Counted from the first letter of the stretch, positions 36,348 to 49,200 are shown. The stretch: DNA of 64,000 nt from Squalus acanthias (GCA_030390025.1 CM059426.1:94922001-94986000); one strand, 5' to 3'. The notes: generated by a model not told the origin, from the sequence alone. A program made the numbers and translations.

Positions 36348-37447
36348 TCAGGGGAACCGGAGTTTGATGATGAGCTCACGGACAGCCCGTCCGGAATAGA
36401 AATTTGCAGGCTGCCTCCTCCTCCTGAGGTGATCGCGGAACCCGTGGTGGCAAGGGCTGCGCCCTCATGATGGCCAAGTTGTGCAGGATGTAGCAGATCA
36501 CCATGAATTGGGACACCCACTCTGGTGAGTACTGGCGAGCTCCTCCGGAGCGGTCAAGGCAGCGGAACCGCTGCTTGAGCACTCCGATGGTCTGCTCGAT
36601 GAGGTTCCTCATAGCAGCATGGTCGTCATTATATGATTGCTGGCTGCGAGTGCTGGGGTTGTGGAGGGGAGTCATCAGCCAGGTGTATAGCAGATAGCCC
36701 TTGTCACCTAGCAGTTACCCTCGGGTTCGACATGGTGGCTGGAAGATTGCTGGCACAGCGCACTGGCGCAGGATGAAGGTATCATGACTGCTGCCAGGAT
36801 ACTGGGCATTCACCATCATGATGTGTTGGGCGTGGTTGCACACGCACTGCACATTAAGAGAGTGATATACTTTATGGTTACAGTTCATCTCAGCATTGAT
36901 ATGCGGCACCTGCAAAGCCACGTGGGTGCAGTCGATGGCGCTCTGCACCATGGGGAAGCCCGATATCCTGGCAAAGCCACGTGTGCACTCCTCCTGCTTC
37001 TTTCTGTTTAGAGAGAAGACAAAAAAGTCCCTTCTTCTGGAGTAGAGTCTCTATGACCTCCTGGATGCAGCGATGGTCAGAGAACTGCAAGATGTTTGCT
37101 CTGTTGCCTGTTCCAGCCTGGAAGGATCCACTGCCGAAAACATTCAGGGCCACGGTCACCTTGAGGGCCACTGGCAGAGCCGTCGTCGCCCAGCTCTGAG
37201 GCTGCGGGTCTGGTTCCAAGAGGTGGCAGAGTTCTATGACCACTTCCTTGGTGAAGCAGTGCCTCTGAATACACTGCTCCTGGCTTAGGTGCGGGTAGGA
37301 GAAATGCTCCCTGAAGAGCCTAGGTGGGTAAGGCCTCCTGCTGAAAGCCCGCCTCCCCCTCCCTCTGCGGGCAGCTTGTCTTTACTGCCTCTGCTCCATC
37401 TTCCTGTCATGCTGCAACGCGAAGGGGACTGCAAGTAGAGCTCCCAT
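36348..37447 (-). pseudogene. Harbinger transposase, frameshifted
   Basis: [76 protein letters not shown], spread over several frames. Confidence 0.9.
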
Positions 37448-40400
37448 GACTGGGAGCAAGTGGTGTAGTCAGAGGCCTTCCAGTTACAGCCAATGCCTTC
37501 CCAACGTCCAGCAGCACTCCCTGCACACTTTAACAATGTTATAAATGTCTTCCAGCAAGCCAGTATTGATATAAACTCTGTAAGAACCAGTACAAGAGAA
37601 ATAATCAACTTACCTGCAAGTTGGATGTTTCCCTTTAAATAGCGCTGGTGGGGGGTCCCTCGTGCAGCTGAATGCACGTTCAGCTGTCTGTGTTTAGGAG
37701 TAGGAGAGGGCATTGTTTGGAATGGCAACATTCAAAATGGCAGGTCGTGTGTCAAATCAGCGTGACGTCCCAATCTGCCTACTCTGCATACTGCTGGCGC
37801 ACACATGTCACGCCTGCGCTATTGCCCTCACCAAGATGAAGACCAGTGCGGGCCATACCGGAAGTGGGCGGAAGCGAAGCGGCTGCCATTTTTTCCGAAA
37901 TGGGCCTTAACTGCTAGCGCGAAGGTGCCAAATTTCGCTGCCCCACTCCTTGGGATTTGGGATGGGATCGCCGGCAGATCAAAGTAGTGGGTGACATTTG
38001 TTTTCATTTGAGCCTATTATTTTCGTGGTCAGTGGTTTTGATTTTGCACTGATGATAAATGATGCAAAATAAATCAGTAAAAGTTACAAGGTTCATTTCT
38101 GGTATTTAAATTGTTTAATGTTCACAATTCCAGCCATCATAGCAATGGAGTGTTAGCTTTTTGCTGGCAGTAAACTAACATATAGAAAAACATGTGTTAT
38201 TACCCGACAGTAAATATGGCCTTTTGGAGTTGTCAACTGGAGCTGGAACAATTCACAGGATAGATATGGATGAGGAAAGTCAATGGTCCCATCCTGACTC
38301 ATCCAACCAGAAAAACCTACAGGGCATCTAGCTGTTTTAAAGAAAATGACTACTGCGTCTTTTGGCTCCACTAAAAACCATTCCATGTGTTGAAAACCAT
38401 CTGCACTCAGCAGGGAGCAGCGCTTGCAAAGGAGTTCATTGTCGGAAATCATAAATGCATAGCCTGTGATTTTCCAATCAATAAATTAACGGGCAGAAAA
38501 TCATGGGGTATAAATTTCCACTATATGTTCTCTGCAAATGCCACTCCCCGTTGGAGATGTGAGAGCATGGAATTGACCCTTTTGTGTGAAGAACATTCTG
38601 ATACTGATCCTGAGCTAGTTGCTAGTTTGAATTTCACTATGGAAATGTATGTAAGTCAGATTGTTCTACTAAAATCTATTTTCATTCTCTATTGACAAGA
38701 TTACAGGCTGAGTGATTCAAAATATTTGATGAGCACACAAAAAATCCTGGCTTCAAATCTTTTAATGAACACATAGATCATCCTGCCTTCAAGTCTTTTT
38801 TGGTGAGCACACAGTACAATCTGGCTTCAAGTCTTGCCGCTTCATGCTTCCAGGATCAGCTTTGATACCTAAAAGTTATAAATTTCACTTATTCAATTCC
38901 AAGTTGAAATGCACTGTCAAACACTGAATAATGTACTGCATTGTGATGCAGAATCCATTTGTGGCATCTCATTTTACTGCAGAATCTCGTGTTGTTAAAA
39001 CTTTTAAATAAAAACTACAAAGGGAAGTGTGCATTTGTTACAATTTAATTGCAAATGGAATGCTGTATACAAAGAATACATAGAAGTGCAAACCTATTCG
39101 AACTACAAGACTAAAAAAGAATGTGCAATAACTTGAAGAGATTATGGGCAGAATTCTATTCAGTGTGTGTGCTACATAATGGCACAGTATGTGGCTCATA
39201 CTTTTCCTTACAGTGAACAGAATAATTTTATTCCTCAGATCATTGGCAACAGCATGGGATTTTCATTATAAAACTATATTTATACAGCATCTAAGTGATT
39301 TTTAAAAATACAGTTGCGATCGCACAGGGCTTGCCTTGGAGACACTGACATGACAGGATATACCACCCTCTCTTAATATGTTCTTCATTTAGAAAAGAAT
39401 TGGCCATTAAAATACATTTGTCCTCAGTAGGGCAAGGGCCATATCTGAATATTAATAAAATACATGCATTATACATTTAAAATGACACAAATGTTTTGGG
39501 GGATGGAATGGCTTGGCAGGCTCTTGTGGGTACTCCTTTATGTAATAAAGTGAGGACATGTGATCATGCCAGAAGTGCATGAAAATGCCAATTTATGTAT
39601 GCTTTCAAACTGGAGCAGCTAACAAAATAATTATTTTGCACCATGATGTACCAAAGCAAAATTGCCCCGAATACTAATAATGCAGCTATAGAAAAAAAAA
39701 TAGAATTCTGCCTTACTCTTATGGTGAAATAGCTCTGCCATGGTGCATACTATCAAAATGTACAGAAAGCTTCACAAGTTTTAACAAATCAGAACATTTG
39801 AATAAAAGATATTCAACCACTCACACGGATTTAAGAGTTCCCTAAGATTTGCTCCCAACTACAGGATAATAATGTGAAAAGTGCTCATTAAGTTTAGACA
39901 TAAAATGTTTTTCTCCAGTGATTCATATGTATATTACTGAATGTAATTTGAAGATTGAAATTTGTACTAACAGACCACCTTTAATTTTAATGACATTTCA
40001 CATAGTCGTTTATATAGGCAATTTTTGTCTTCTGCAATTTTTGAATATTTTTGTTACTATGGACAGCACTGGCAATGTCTCCTTTCTAGGTCTGTTTTCT
40101 TGTACCTTCGACAAGCTCCACTGATCCACCATACATGTGTTCAGGCAAGAACTAATTCTGTTTAAACTACTGATATCCCGTTTTATTTATACAGTAATTT
40201 CATTAGTAGCTTTTTCGGTTAAATGTAAGATTTACTATTATTAAACCTTTTAACAGCAGTCATATATGTGTAATTATGCAATAGTTTGTGTATGTGTTAA
40301 ACTCCAGTAATTTGAATACATTTGCATATAGCTGTGAGAATTTAAACAACAAACTTGCAATATTCTTGATTAGCTATATTCCACATACCATTGTAGGTCA

Positions 40401-43183
40401 ACCAGCCCAACTAACAAAATTGCACATGCCAGTCCTCTTAACCAAATTCAGGCCAGAACCACACAAATTAAAGACACCAATTTAAGTTATTTTCTCCTAC
40501 AATCACATGGTGTCTTAACCATTTCTTTAGCACAATGTTTAGTTAAAGCCTTGATGACATAATTCCTTTCAAAAATGATACTGTTTTGTTGGTTGTTAAC
40601 CTTAGGCTAGAAAGATTAAATACCACTGCAATGGATACTTCATTCAGTTTGATTACTAATAATACATAGTTTAACTGTATTTTTTCTTGGAAGAGAGGAT
40701 TATGATTTCAACAAGAAGCTAGTGGAGTAGTAATAATAAGGGAGACAAATAAAGTTTCATTAAGAGCATTGAAGCAATGGGGAAGAGGAAATGAGTACTT
40801 GTAGGGTAAAGGGAGAATAATTGGGTCAATTCCAAATGAAATGGATGATTTGTTATCTAAACTCCAATATAAAACAAACACAAAAGAAAGTTGAACAGTT
40901 TCTGAGACAAACAATAATGGTTACCATTGCCCTACATACTAGAAGGCCTGGGACTGGGCAAAACTGAAGAGGTGGTTAAAAAACAAATGCAGAGTAAAAT
41001 CATGGGAAGTTGGCTTTTAGGTGTTTTTAGAGAACGAGGGAAACACCTGGTTAAGGTTGTCTGATGACTTTTTGAATAGATGCAAAAAGTTTTTGGAGGT
41101 AGACATTGGAGGGTTGACTAGGGAACCAAACAGGGAGATTATTGGTCTATCAACTGAAAAGAAATTAAACAAAACATATTTCAGGGGTGAGTCAGGCAGA
41201 TGTTATAAACCTTGGACACATCAACCTTCGGTTTTGTCAATCATTACATAAATAAGACAACTAACCCAGAAGAAAGGCTCAACTAGTGAAACTGAACATG
41301 GAGATGGAGAGAAGGCCAAAAGGTAATGTACTAGGGAAACAGCTACTTTAGTTTTGTATGGCTTATGAAGGATTCAGTGACCCCCCCCCACCCCAAATAA
41401 AGGTGGTTATTAAGGCTCAGAAATAAGGCACGGTCCTTGATGTGCCAGACAGCAACTACTATTCTATTTGACCTTGACAGAATCTTCCCGAGATGTTCCA
41501 GTTACAGGCGCACATCTCCATTCAAGCCATGCAACTAGAAAATTATTACAAGAGTAGTCCACTCACAAGATGCGTTTGTAAAGGATATTATTCGGCTAAT
41601 ATGCTGTGGAGGGTGTTAGATATTATATATGCGGTGGGGGAAGACTGTCCTCAAATGGCTGTCATAAAGACAATATAAAAGGAAAAGCATATTACTTGAT
41701 CGAATGACAGTACTTACCACTTTGTTGAAAGGATACATTTGATAATATAAATCACAGTATAAATTATTTTGATACAATTCTACTGTGTCTAATACATTCT
41801 TATGTATTATATTATCTAATATATTATGGAAATGCATGTGTTCCAGCCAATGTTTGCCAAGTGGGAGGAAACCCTCAAATCACTACAAACTTTAATCACA
41901 CCAACAGCCTGCATTAAGACATTTTCCCATCGGGGCAGCTGATGTTGCAGCAATGTCTACTTTTCCCTCTTCATTTGTCCCTACCACCCTTTCCCAGACT
42001 TTAAAGTCAAAAAGGGATTAAGATAGGAGAGACAGCTGAGCTGATTTGTTGATAACATAGTGCTGCTACTGTGGAACCCAACCTATACCGCACCCATTCT
42101 TACTATTGTCAGGTTGCAAAATAAACTGGGAAAAGCTAAAGCTACTCATTATTAGGCATTATATAAATGATACAACAAGGACCTCGTTTGCTTGGAAAGC
42201 CAAGAACGTTACATACCTCTTTATTCTCCTAAATCTGTGTGGAGCAGTGATCTAGAGGATGTTGTAAGATGTTTTAATCTTTGAGGCTCTACTCTGTAGA
42301 TCACTAATAGAATGTGGTGTAAAACAAATGAAGGTAGTTCGATCATTCCACTTTTGGTGTAGTGATTAACATTTACTGAATACAGGAATATTCCACATAC
42401 CCTCTCTTCTGGGTTAAGTTTCCTCTTAGAGTGGCTAATTGTATGTTTTGTTTTGGGGGGAGGGGGAATGAATGCCTCTTCCAGATAGGGAGTTTCTAAA
42501 CAAAGAGTTTTTCTTTTTTAAATAACTTCATTTATTTTTGTTTTATACATAGTGCCTGAAGTAGTTCTTTCCCCCCCTTCTCATTAGAGGTCTAGGACCA
42601 TTAGGGTTACATACTCTCCCCATGTTTGGTTCTTCAGATGTTAAAACAACAGTGTCCTTGAATGGTCTAGAAAGGAAAGGTCATGTGGTTTTGATTCAAA
42701 TTAGTTTGATAGAACAAAGTCACTGATTTTTCTGACTGGCTTGGCTAGCTATTCATAATATATAGAATATAGCTTAATTTCAAGAATGAAAATAGCTAGA
42801 ATGAGAACAAGTGCTGACTAAACTACTTTTTCAAAAGGTTCTTTCTGGGTTTTGATTTAACTATATTTTAGCTAGTGACAGTAATTGTTCTGGGGTTCCT
42901 TTTCTCAGGAGATTTCTGCTGTTACAATGCATGGTTAAGTGTGCATGCTTTGATTTTATAAGATTACTGATTGTGTATATTACTTTCGGAATTTTTTTAT
43001 TGCCATCACCAAACCCATAGATTACGTTACTTGTCCAGCAATGACATCATAGACAGTACAACAGAGGCTTCAAACTTATACTGAAATATCATTTTGAAAA
43101 CATTTATATAAAACATCCAAAGCAGCATGCATTAAAGATGCAATTCAAATTTTAAAGTATTTTGCTACAGTTCATCTTTTACC

Positions 43184-43819
43184 TTAGAGCCAAGGACGTG
43201 ACTGCCTGCGAGAAATAGACATACCTGCATCTCTTTGTTTTTTCACACCAAGTGAAGTCACGAATGAGTTGCGTGAATATGGGAATTGTGGTTGACTAGT
43301 TAATCCATGGTACTGGAAGAGGTAGGGTTGACTATAACGGTGGTTTTGAACCCCAGTTGAATTGAGGTATCGTATTGTAACTGGAGGAAGCAACATCTCA
43401 ACCGGCTTTAACACCAACTTCAACTCTTGTTTTGTTCCAGATGAGCTTGCTTTCCTACTAGCCAACCTTCCCATTGAAGAAACATTGTTAATATTTCTCT
43501 TTACTCTATTAGGTAAGGCAGGAACAGATATTCGTTGGGGTAATTTGATACTTGACCCAGTCGTACTGGCCTCACTTCTGGATAATGGCTGGGACACTGG
43601 GGAGTTTCCATTAACTATAACCGGTTTCTGTTCATTTAAAAATTCAGTGATCCTTGACTGGGCTCCACTGAAAGACCCAATTTTCTGTGTAAAGACTTTG
43701 GTTTTCTTTCGCTTTTCTTCCTTTTTTCGAATTCTGGTTGTCTCAACTCCATCTAGCAGTCCCTTTGCTGCAGCTCGAGCCAAAACATCCTTTACAGACA
43801 CTGCCCCTGATGGGTCTCG
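43184..43819 (-). CDS. NSUN7: NSUN7 last coding exon: RDPSGAVSVKDVLARAAAKGLLDG...LKPVEMLLPPV...RRQSRPWL*
   Basis: Minus-strand AG acceptor at 43821-43820 with a branch-like ttctaac upstream; 636 bp in frame to TAA. Matches remembered NSUN7 RDPSETVSVNDVLARAAAKGLLDG and its C-terminal WL. NSUN7 is the tail-to-tail neighbour of APBB2 in mammals. Confidence 0.9.
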   Translation of the reverse strand, partial: RDPSGAVSVKDVLARAAAKGLLDGVETTRIRKKEEKRKKTKVFTQKIGSFSGAQSRITEFLNEQKPVIVNGNSPVSQPLSRSEASTTGSSIKLPQRISVPALPNRVKRNINNVSSMGRLASRKASSSGTKQELKLVLKPVEMLLPPVTIRYLNSTGVQNHRYSQPYLFQYHGLTSQPQFPYSRNSFVTSLGVKKQRDAGMSISRRQSRPWL

Positions 43820-43859
43820 CTTTAAATTAATAAAATAACACAGGTTAGAATCCCTATTA

Positions 43860-44412
43860 TCATAGAATCATAGAATGGTTACAGCATGGAAGGAGGCCAT
43901 TCGGCCCGTCGAGCCCGTGCCGCTCTCTTCAAGAGCACCTCAGCTAGTCCCACTCCCCCGCCCTTTCCCTGTAGCCCTGCAAATTTTTTCCTTCAGGTAC
44001 TTATCCAACTCCCTTTTGAAAGCCGCGATTGAGCCTGCCTCCACCACCCTTTCAGGCAATGCATTCCAGATCCTAACCACTCGCTGCATAAAAACGTTTT
44101 TCCTCATGTCGCCTTTGGTTGTTCTGCCAATCACCTTAAATCTGTGTCCTCTGGTTCTCGATCCTTCTGCCAATGGGAACAGTTTCTCTCTATCTACTCT
44201 GTCTAGACCCCTCATGATTTTGAACACCTCTATCAAATCTCCTCTCAATCTTCTCTGCTCTAAGGAGAACAACCCCAGCTTCTCCAGTCTATCCACGTAA
44301 CTGAAGTCCCTCATCCCTGGAATCATTCTCGTAAATCTTTTCTGCACCCTCTCTGAGGCCTTCACATCCTTCATAAAGTGCGGTGCCCAGAATTGGACAC
44401 ACTACTCCAGTT
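43860..44412 (-). mobile_element. CR1 LINE 3' fragment, relatively young
   Basis: ORF 43940-44374 intact (RLRGDLIEVFKIMRGLDRVD...RVVRIWNALP...FKRELD); (ttctatga)n tail at 43860-43876. Confidence 0.93.
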
Positions 44413-44499
44413 GATAAAATTAGCTGCTGGAAATTTTCATACATAAACACAATGGCCTGGATGGTTTTCTAAAAGAGCAGCAAATAGAAATTTAGGATA

Positions 44500-44745
44500 T
44501 GGGAAACACCATCGCCTGCAAGTTCCCTTCTAGATTACACAGTTGGTCAATATAATCACTGTTCTTTCACTGTCACTTGGTCAAAAACCTGGAATTCCCT
44601 ACCTATCACCATCGTAGGAGCACCCTCGGAATAAACACTGCAGTGGTTTAAGATGAAAGCCAACCATCACCTTAGAGCGACTAGAGATGAACAATAAATG
44701 TGGCCTACCAAGTCACTCGTATCCCAAGAACAAATAACAAAAATG
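44500..44745 (+). mobile_element. Diverged 3' end of the LINE family at 18730-19280
   Basis: tgggaaacaccatcgcctgcaagttccc...ctggaattccct...caataaatg aligns by eye with 19021-19240. Confidence 0.75.
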
Positions 44746-45329
44746 ATTTTCCAGTGAGAAAGCAATATTGAGAACAGACTTTTCCAAACCACCAGTTCCC
44801 CCAAATTAATTTCAGAAAACCCAAAAAACAGAACCAGAGTTGCAGAATGTGTTACCAGTGTGTTATCTGGAGTTTTCTCTCCTCTTTCTTTCGCCCACCT
44901 GAGCCTTTATGTTGGTGCTGCCTCTTCCTGCCTGCCTGCCTGACTGCGGAGGTATTTACCAGCTAGTGTTACAGTCAATACTGCATTCACTGGCACTTTA
45001 TTTAGAACTCTAATTTAAAGTACTGGTGAGCAGTGCATGTGTTTGATTAGAACACCAGCTGTTACCAGACAGGCTGATAACTTTCTCCATGGCCAGGTGA
45101 GTGAGGAGAGGCTGAGCATCAAGACTCAAGAAGCAGCAGCAGCATCGGGACTTAGTCCTGAGCCGCAGTCCTGCTCCCTCAATGTTTTACACAAGTCAGC
45201 ATTAATCGGGGAGGTTGAACTTCTTTCAAAGATGTGGTAGATATTCTAACAGTCTTCCTCATTAGATCAACTTCCACCTGCAAATAAGAGTATGGAAACG
45301 GTCAGTGGAACTCTGAAGACCTGTATATT

Positions 45330-46100
45330 CAGTCCAGTTTGGCGCACAGCCAAATCATTTATCATCCTGAGTAATCAAGTCCAAATAGGAATACTTAATT
45401 TTTAAAAAGTATGTATATTACTCCAAGTCACCATCTTGGAAATGAGCTCAAAGAAAAACTTCCACATTTCTGCCCACCATTCCACATGTAGGACGAGCTG
45501 TTAACTTTCTGTGGTCGGTCTCTCCTGCCAGGATGCCACATAACGAGATACATCCAACCACCTAATTTGCTAACTTGTGTTTGTTTAATCACCATAGCCT
45601 TGCTTCCTCATGAAACAAATACCTGCCTAAATTGGCAAACCCTTTCAGCTTATCTACATAAAAAGCTAATGGTTTATGGACATAAAATAAGTGATATGTG
45701 CTTTCACTGAAAGTAAAGCGAGGTTGCAGATTAAACTTCAGTATTAGAATTTCAGAAACAATCTTTGGTGAAAGGGATGGATGGGACCTAAGATATGTCC
45801 CATTCACATGCCAGAAAAGGTAAGTTGGATCTACCACTGAGACCCGCTTGCCTGGCACCATTCAGAAATCAGGACACTATGGAATGTTCCCCTCTGCCAA
45901 CTCCACTACCATATTAGGCAGAAATAGTATGAATGCAGACTTTTAGGAGCCCAGCAGATATCTAGCAGCTTTTCAAGATATGATAAAAATAGTTGACACA
46001 TGACACCCTAAGAGTTTGAAGCTGCGATTTTGGTGTCAGTGGACAAAACACTTCCATTTGGTATTACAAGCAGAACTTTATGAATGTGTGAATCTAATTT
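45330..46100 (-). pseudogene. DIRS-type retroelement tyrosine recombinase, highly degenerate
   Basis: Minus-strand peptides in the expected order: NTKWKCFVH*, GLLKVCIHTISA, HSIVS*FLNGARQ, YLRSHPSLSPKIVSE, VHKPLAFYVDK, TARPTCGM, ISKMVTWSNIHTF. These parallel DIRS1 YR motifs (KWxxF, LKVxxxAIS, HPLVxRFLxGA, LRxxPxFLPKVVS, AHSTR, AATWSxxxTF). Confidence 0.72.
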
Positions 46101-46204
46101 TAATGGACAGAAAATTGTGGCGAGTGCGTGCGAGCTTTCCCGCTATGCATGCTCAGTGGGCAAGGCTCCATGCTGGCAGCACACATTCATATTTACCTTT
46201 ATGA

Positions 46205-48760
46205 ACATAACATAAGAATTAGGAGCAGGAGAAGGCCACACGGCCCCTCAAGCCTGCTCCGCTATTCAATAAGATCATTGCTGATCTTCGACCTCAACTC
46301 CACTTTCCCCACTGATCCACATATTCCTTGATTCCCCTAGAGTTCAAGAATCTAGCGATCTCAGCCTTGAATACACTCAACGATTCAGCAGCCACAGCCC
46401 TTTGAGGTAGAGAATTCCAAAGATTCACAACCCTCTGAGTGAAGAAATTCCTCCTCTTCTCAGTCTTAAATGGCCGACCCCTTATCATGAGACTATACCC
46501 CTTAGTTCTAGACACTCCAGCCAGGGGAAACAACCTCTCAGCATCTACCCTGTCAATCCTCCTCAGAATCTTGTATGTTTCAATGCGATCACCTCTCATT
46601 CTTCTAAACTCCAGAGAGTATAGGCCCAATATACTCAATCTCTCCTCATAGGACAACCCTCTCATCCCAGGAATCAATCTAGTGAACCTTCATTGCACTG
46701 CTTCGAAGGCAAGTATATCCTTGCTCAGATAAGGAGATCAAAACTGTGCACAGTACTCCAGGTGTGGTCTCACCAAAGCCCTGTACAATTGTGGCAAGAC
46801 TTCCTTACTCTTGTACTCCAACCTCCTTGCAATAAAGGCCAACATGCTATTTGCCTTCTTAATTGCTTGCTGTACCTGCATGCTAACTCTGTGTGTGTCT
46901 TGTACTAGGACACCTAAATCACTCTGAACATTTAATAGTTTCTCACCATTTAAAAAATATTCTGTTTTTCTATTCTTCCTACCAAAGTGAATAACCTCAC
47001 ATTTCCCCACATTATACTCCATCTGCCACCTTATTGCCCACTCACGTAACCTGTCTATATCCCTTTGCAGGCTCTTTGTGTCCTCCTCACAGCTTACTTT
47101 CCCACCTAACTTTGTATCATCAGCAAACCTGGATGCATTACACTCGGTCCCTTCACCTGAGTCATTAATATAGATTGTAACTAGCTGAGGCCCAAGCACT
47201 GATCCTTGTGGCACCCCACTAGTAACAGCCTGCCAACCTGAAAATTACCGGTTTATCCCTATTCTCTGTTTTCTGTCCGTTAACCAATCCTCGATCCATG
47301 CTAATACATTACCCCCAACCCCATGAGCCCTTATCTTGCGTAGCAACCTTTTATATGGCACCTTATTGAATGCCTTTTGGAAATCCAAATATACTACTTC
47401 CAATGGTTCCCCTTTATCTACCCTGCTAGTTACATCCACAAAAAAACTCTAATAAATTTATTAAACACGATTTCCCTTTCATAAAACTATGTTGACTCTG
47501 CCTAATCATATTATGATTTTCTAAGTGCCCTGTTACCACTTCCTTAATAATGGATTCCAGCATTTTCCTGACAACTGATATCAGGCTAACTCTCTCTCCT
47601 TTCTTGAATAGCAGGATTACATTTGCTACCTTCCAATCCGCTGGGACCGTTCCAGAATCTAGGGAATTTTGGAAGATCACAAAGCATTCACTATCTCTGC
47701 AGCCACCTCTTTAAGAACCCTAGGATGTAAGCTATCAAGTCCTGGGGATTTGTCGGCTTTTAGTCCCATTAGTTTCTCAAGTATTTTTTCTCTACTGATA
47801 TTAATTACTTTAAGTTCCTCACTCTCATTAGCCCCTTGGTTCTCCACTATTTTTGGTTTGCTTTTTGTGTCTTCTACTGTGAAGACAGATACAACATATT
47901 TGTTTAACGTCTCTGCCATTTCCTTGTTCCCCAATATAACTTAAAAAAAAAATTTTTTTATGGGATGTGGGCGTCGCTGGCAAGGCCAGCATTTATTGCC
48001 CATCCTTAATTGCCCTTGAGAAGGTGGTGGTGAGCTGCCTTCTTGAACTGCTGCAGTCTGTGTGGTGAAGTTACTCCCACAGTGCTGTTAGGTAGGGAGT
48101 TCCAGGATTTTGATCCAGCGACGATAAAGGATCGGCGATATACTTCTTAGTCAGGATGATGTGTGACTTGGAGGGGAACTTGGAGGTGGTGGTGTTCCCA
48201 TGCGTCTGCTGCCCTTGTCCTTCTAGGTGGAAGAGGTCGCGGGTTTGGGAGGTGCTGCCGAAGAAGCCTTGGCGAGTTGCTGCAGTGCATCTTGTAGATG
48301 GTACACACTGCAGACACGGTACGCCGGTGGTGGAGGGAGTGAATGTTTAAGGTGGTAGAGGGGGTGCCAATCAAGCGGGCTGCTTTGTCCTGGATGGTGT
48401 TGAACTTCTTGAGTGTTGTTGGAGCTGCACTCATCCAGGCAAGTGGAGAGTATTCCATCACACTCCTTACTTGTGCCTTGTAGATGGTGGAAAGGCTTTG
48501 GGGTGTCAACCTCAACCTCTGAGGGACCAATGCTTACTTTTGCTACTTTCTTGTTTTTTACATACTTGTAGAAGCTTTTACAATCTGTTTTTATAATTCT
48601 GGCTAATTTACTCTCATATTCTATTTTCTCCCTTTTTATCAATTTTTGTTTCTAAAGTTCTCCCAATCCTCAGGCTTACTACTATTCATTACAACATTAT
48701 AAGCCTCTTCTTTAATATAATACTATCCTTAACTTCTTTAGTTAGCCACTGATGGATCAC
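46205..48760 (-). mobile_element. CR1 LINE, 5'-truncated, interrupted by another LINE
   Basis: ORFs: KADKSPGLDSLHPRVLKE, HSFMKGKSCL, YLDFQKAF, PQGSVLGP, RFADDT, RPHLEYC; tail at 46205-46230. Confidence 0.93.
47942..48510 (-). mobile_element. LINE 3' end (same family as 18730-19280) nested in CR1
   Basis: ORF 48147-48530: LSTIYKAQVRSVMEYSPLAWMSAAPTTLKK...; A/T tail at 47942-47960. Confidence 0.9.
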
Positions 48761-48761
48761 G

Positions 48762-49200
48762 TAGGATGCGATGTGTAAATGCCAACCTTTGGATTTCTAC
48801 TTCTTCTAAGCAGACTATTTCAAGAGTATGCAGATAGTTGGGAAATTCTGATACTCACTGCTTCAACTGACTATTTAGGCCTGTAGATTTGTCCTTTGTA
48901 GTGAGTTGATTCAGACTAAGGATCAGAGATCTAAGTCTTGCTTGGCTAAAAAGATGTCACTAGAATGACCATCCTTTCCTTCACTTGAAGTGGGAAATCC
49001 TTCAATGGCAGAGGATCAACAGCTCTTTAGTACCACAGCCTTGATTCCTGAATCTGGAGAATTCCAGGAGTCTCTTATTCTGAAATATGCCCCATGACAT
49101 CCATCTGCAAAGTTAATTTGTTGAAAATCATGTTGATTGCCTCTGATGGAATTCCACGCATGCAACTCTTCCCCTGAAACAGCTGTACTCTGCCTAATTC
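48762..49200 (-). pseudogene. Possible DIRS reverse transcriptase N-terminal remnant
   Basis: Weak degenerate matches (AWNS, VMGHISE, AVDPLP, KQDLDL, WHLHI). Position upstream of the YR remnant on the same strand fits DIRS gene order. Confidence 0.4.

Larger units (their letters stand above)
33905..37944. mobile_element. PIF/Harbinger DNA transposon 2 (~4.0 kb, Myb gene +, transposase -), decayed
   Basis: Left end GGGGCTAAATT, degenerate right end aatttcgctgcccc, two convergent genes; TSD not clearly preserved. Confidence 0.85.

Noticed and set aside
42560-42625. Polypurine tract and LTR start on the minus strand
   Set aside because: No matching second LTR, primer-binding site or TG...CA boundaries could be identified.
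43362-43838. 158-aa + strand ORF
   Set aside because: Antisense shadow of the NSUN7 exon with no independent features.
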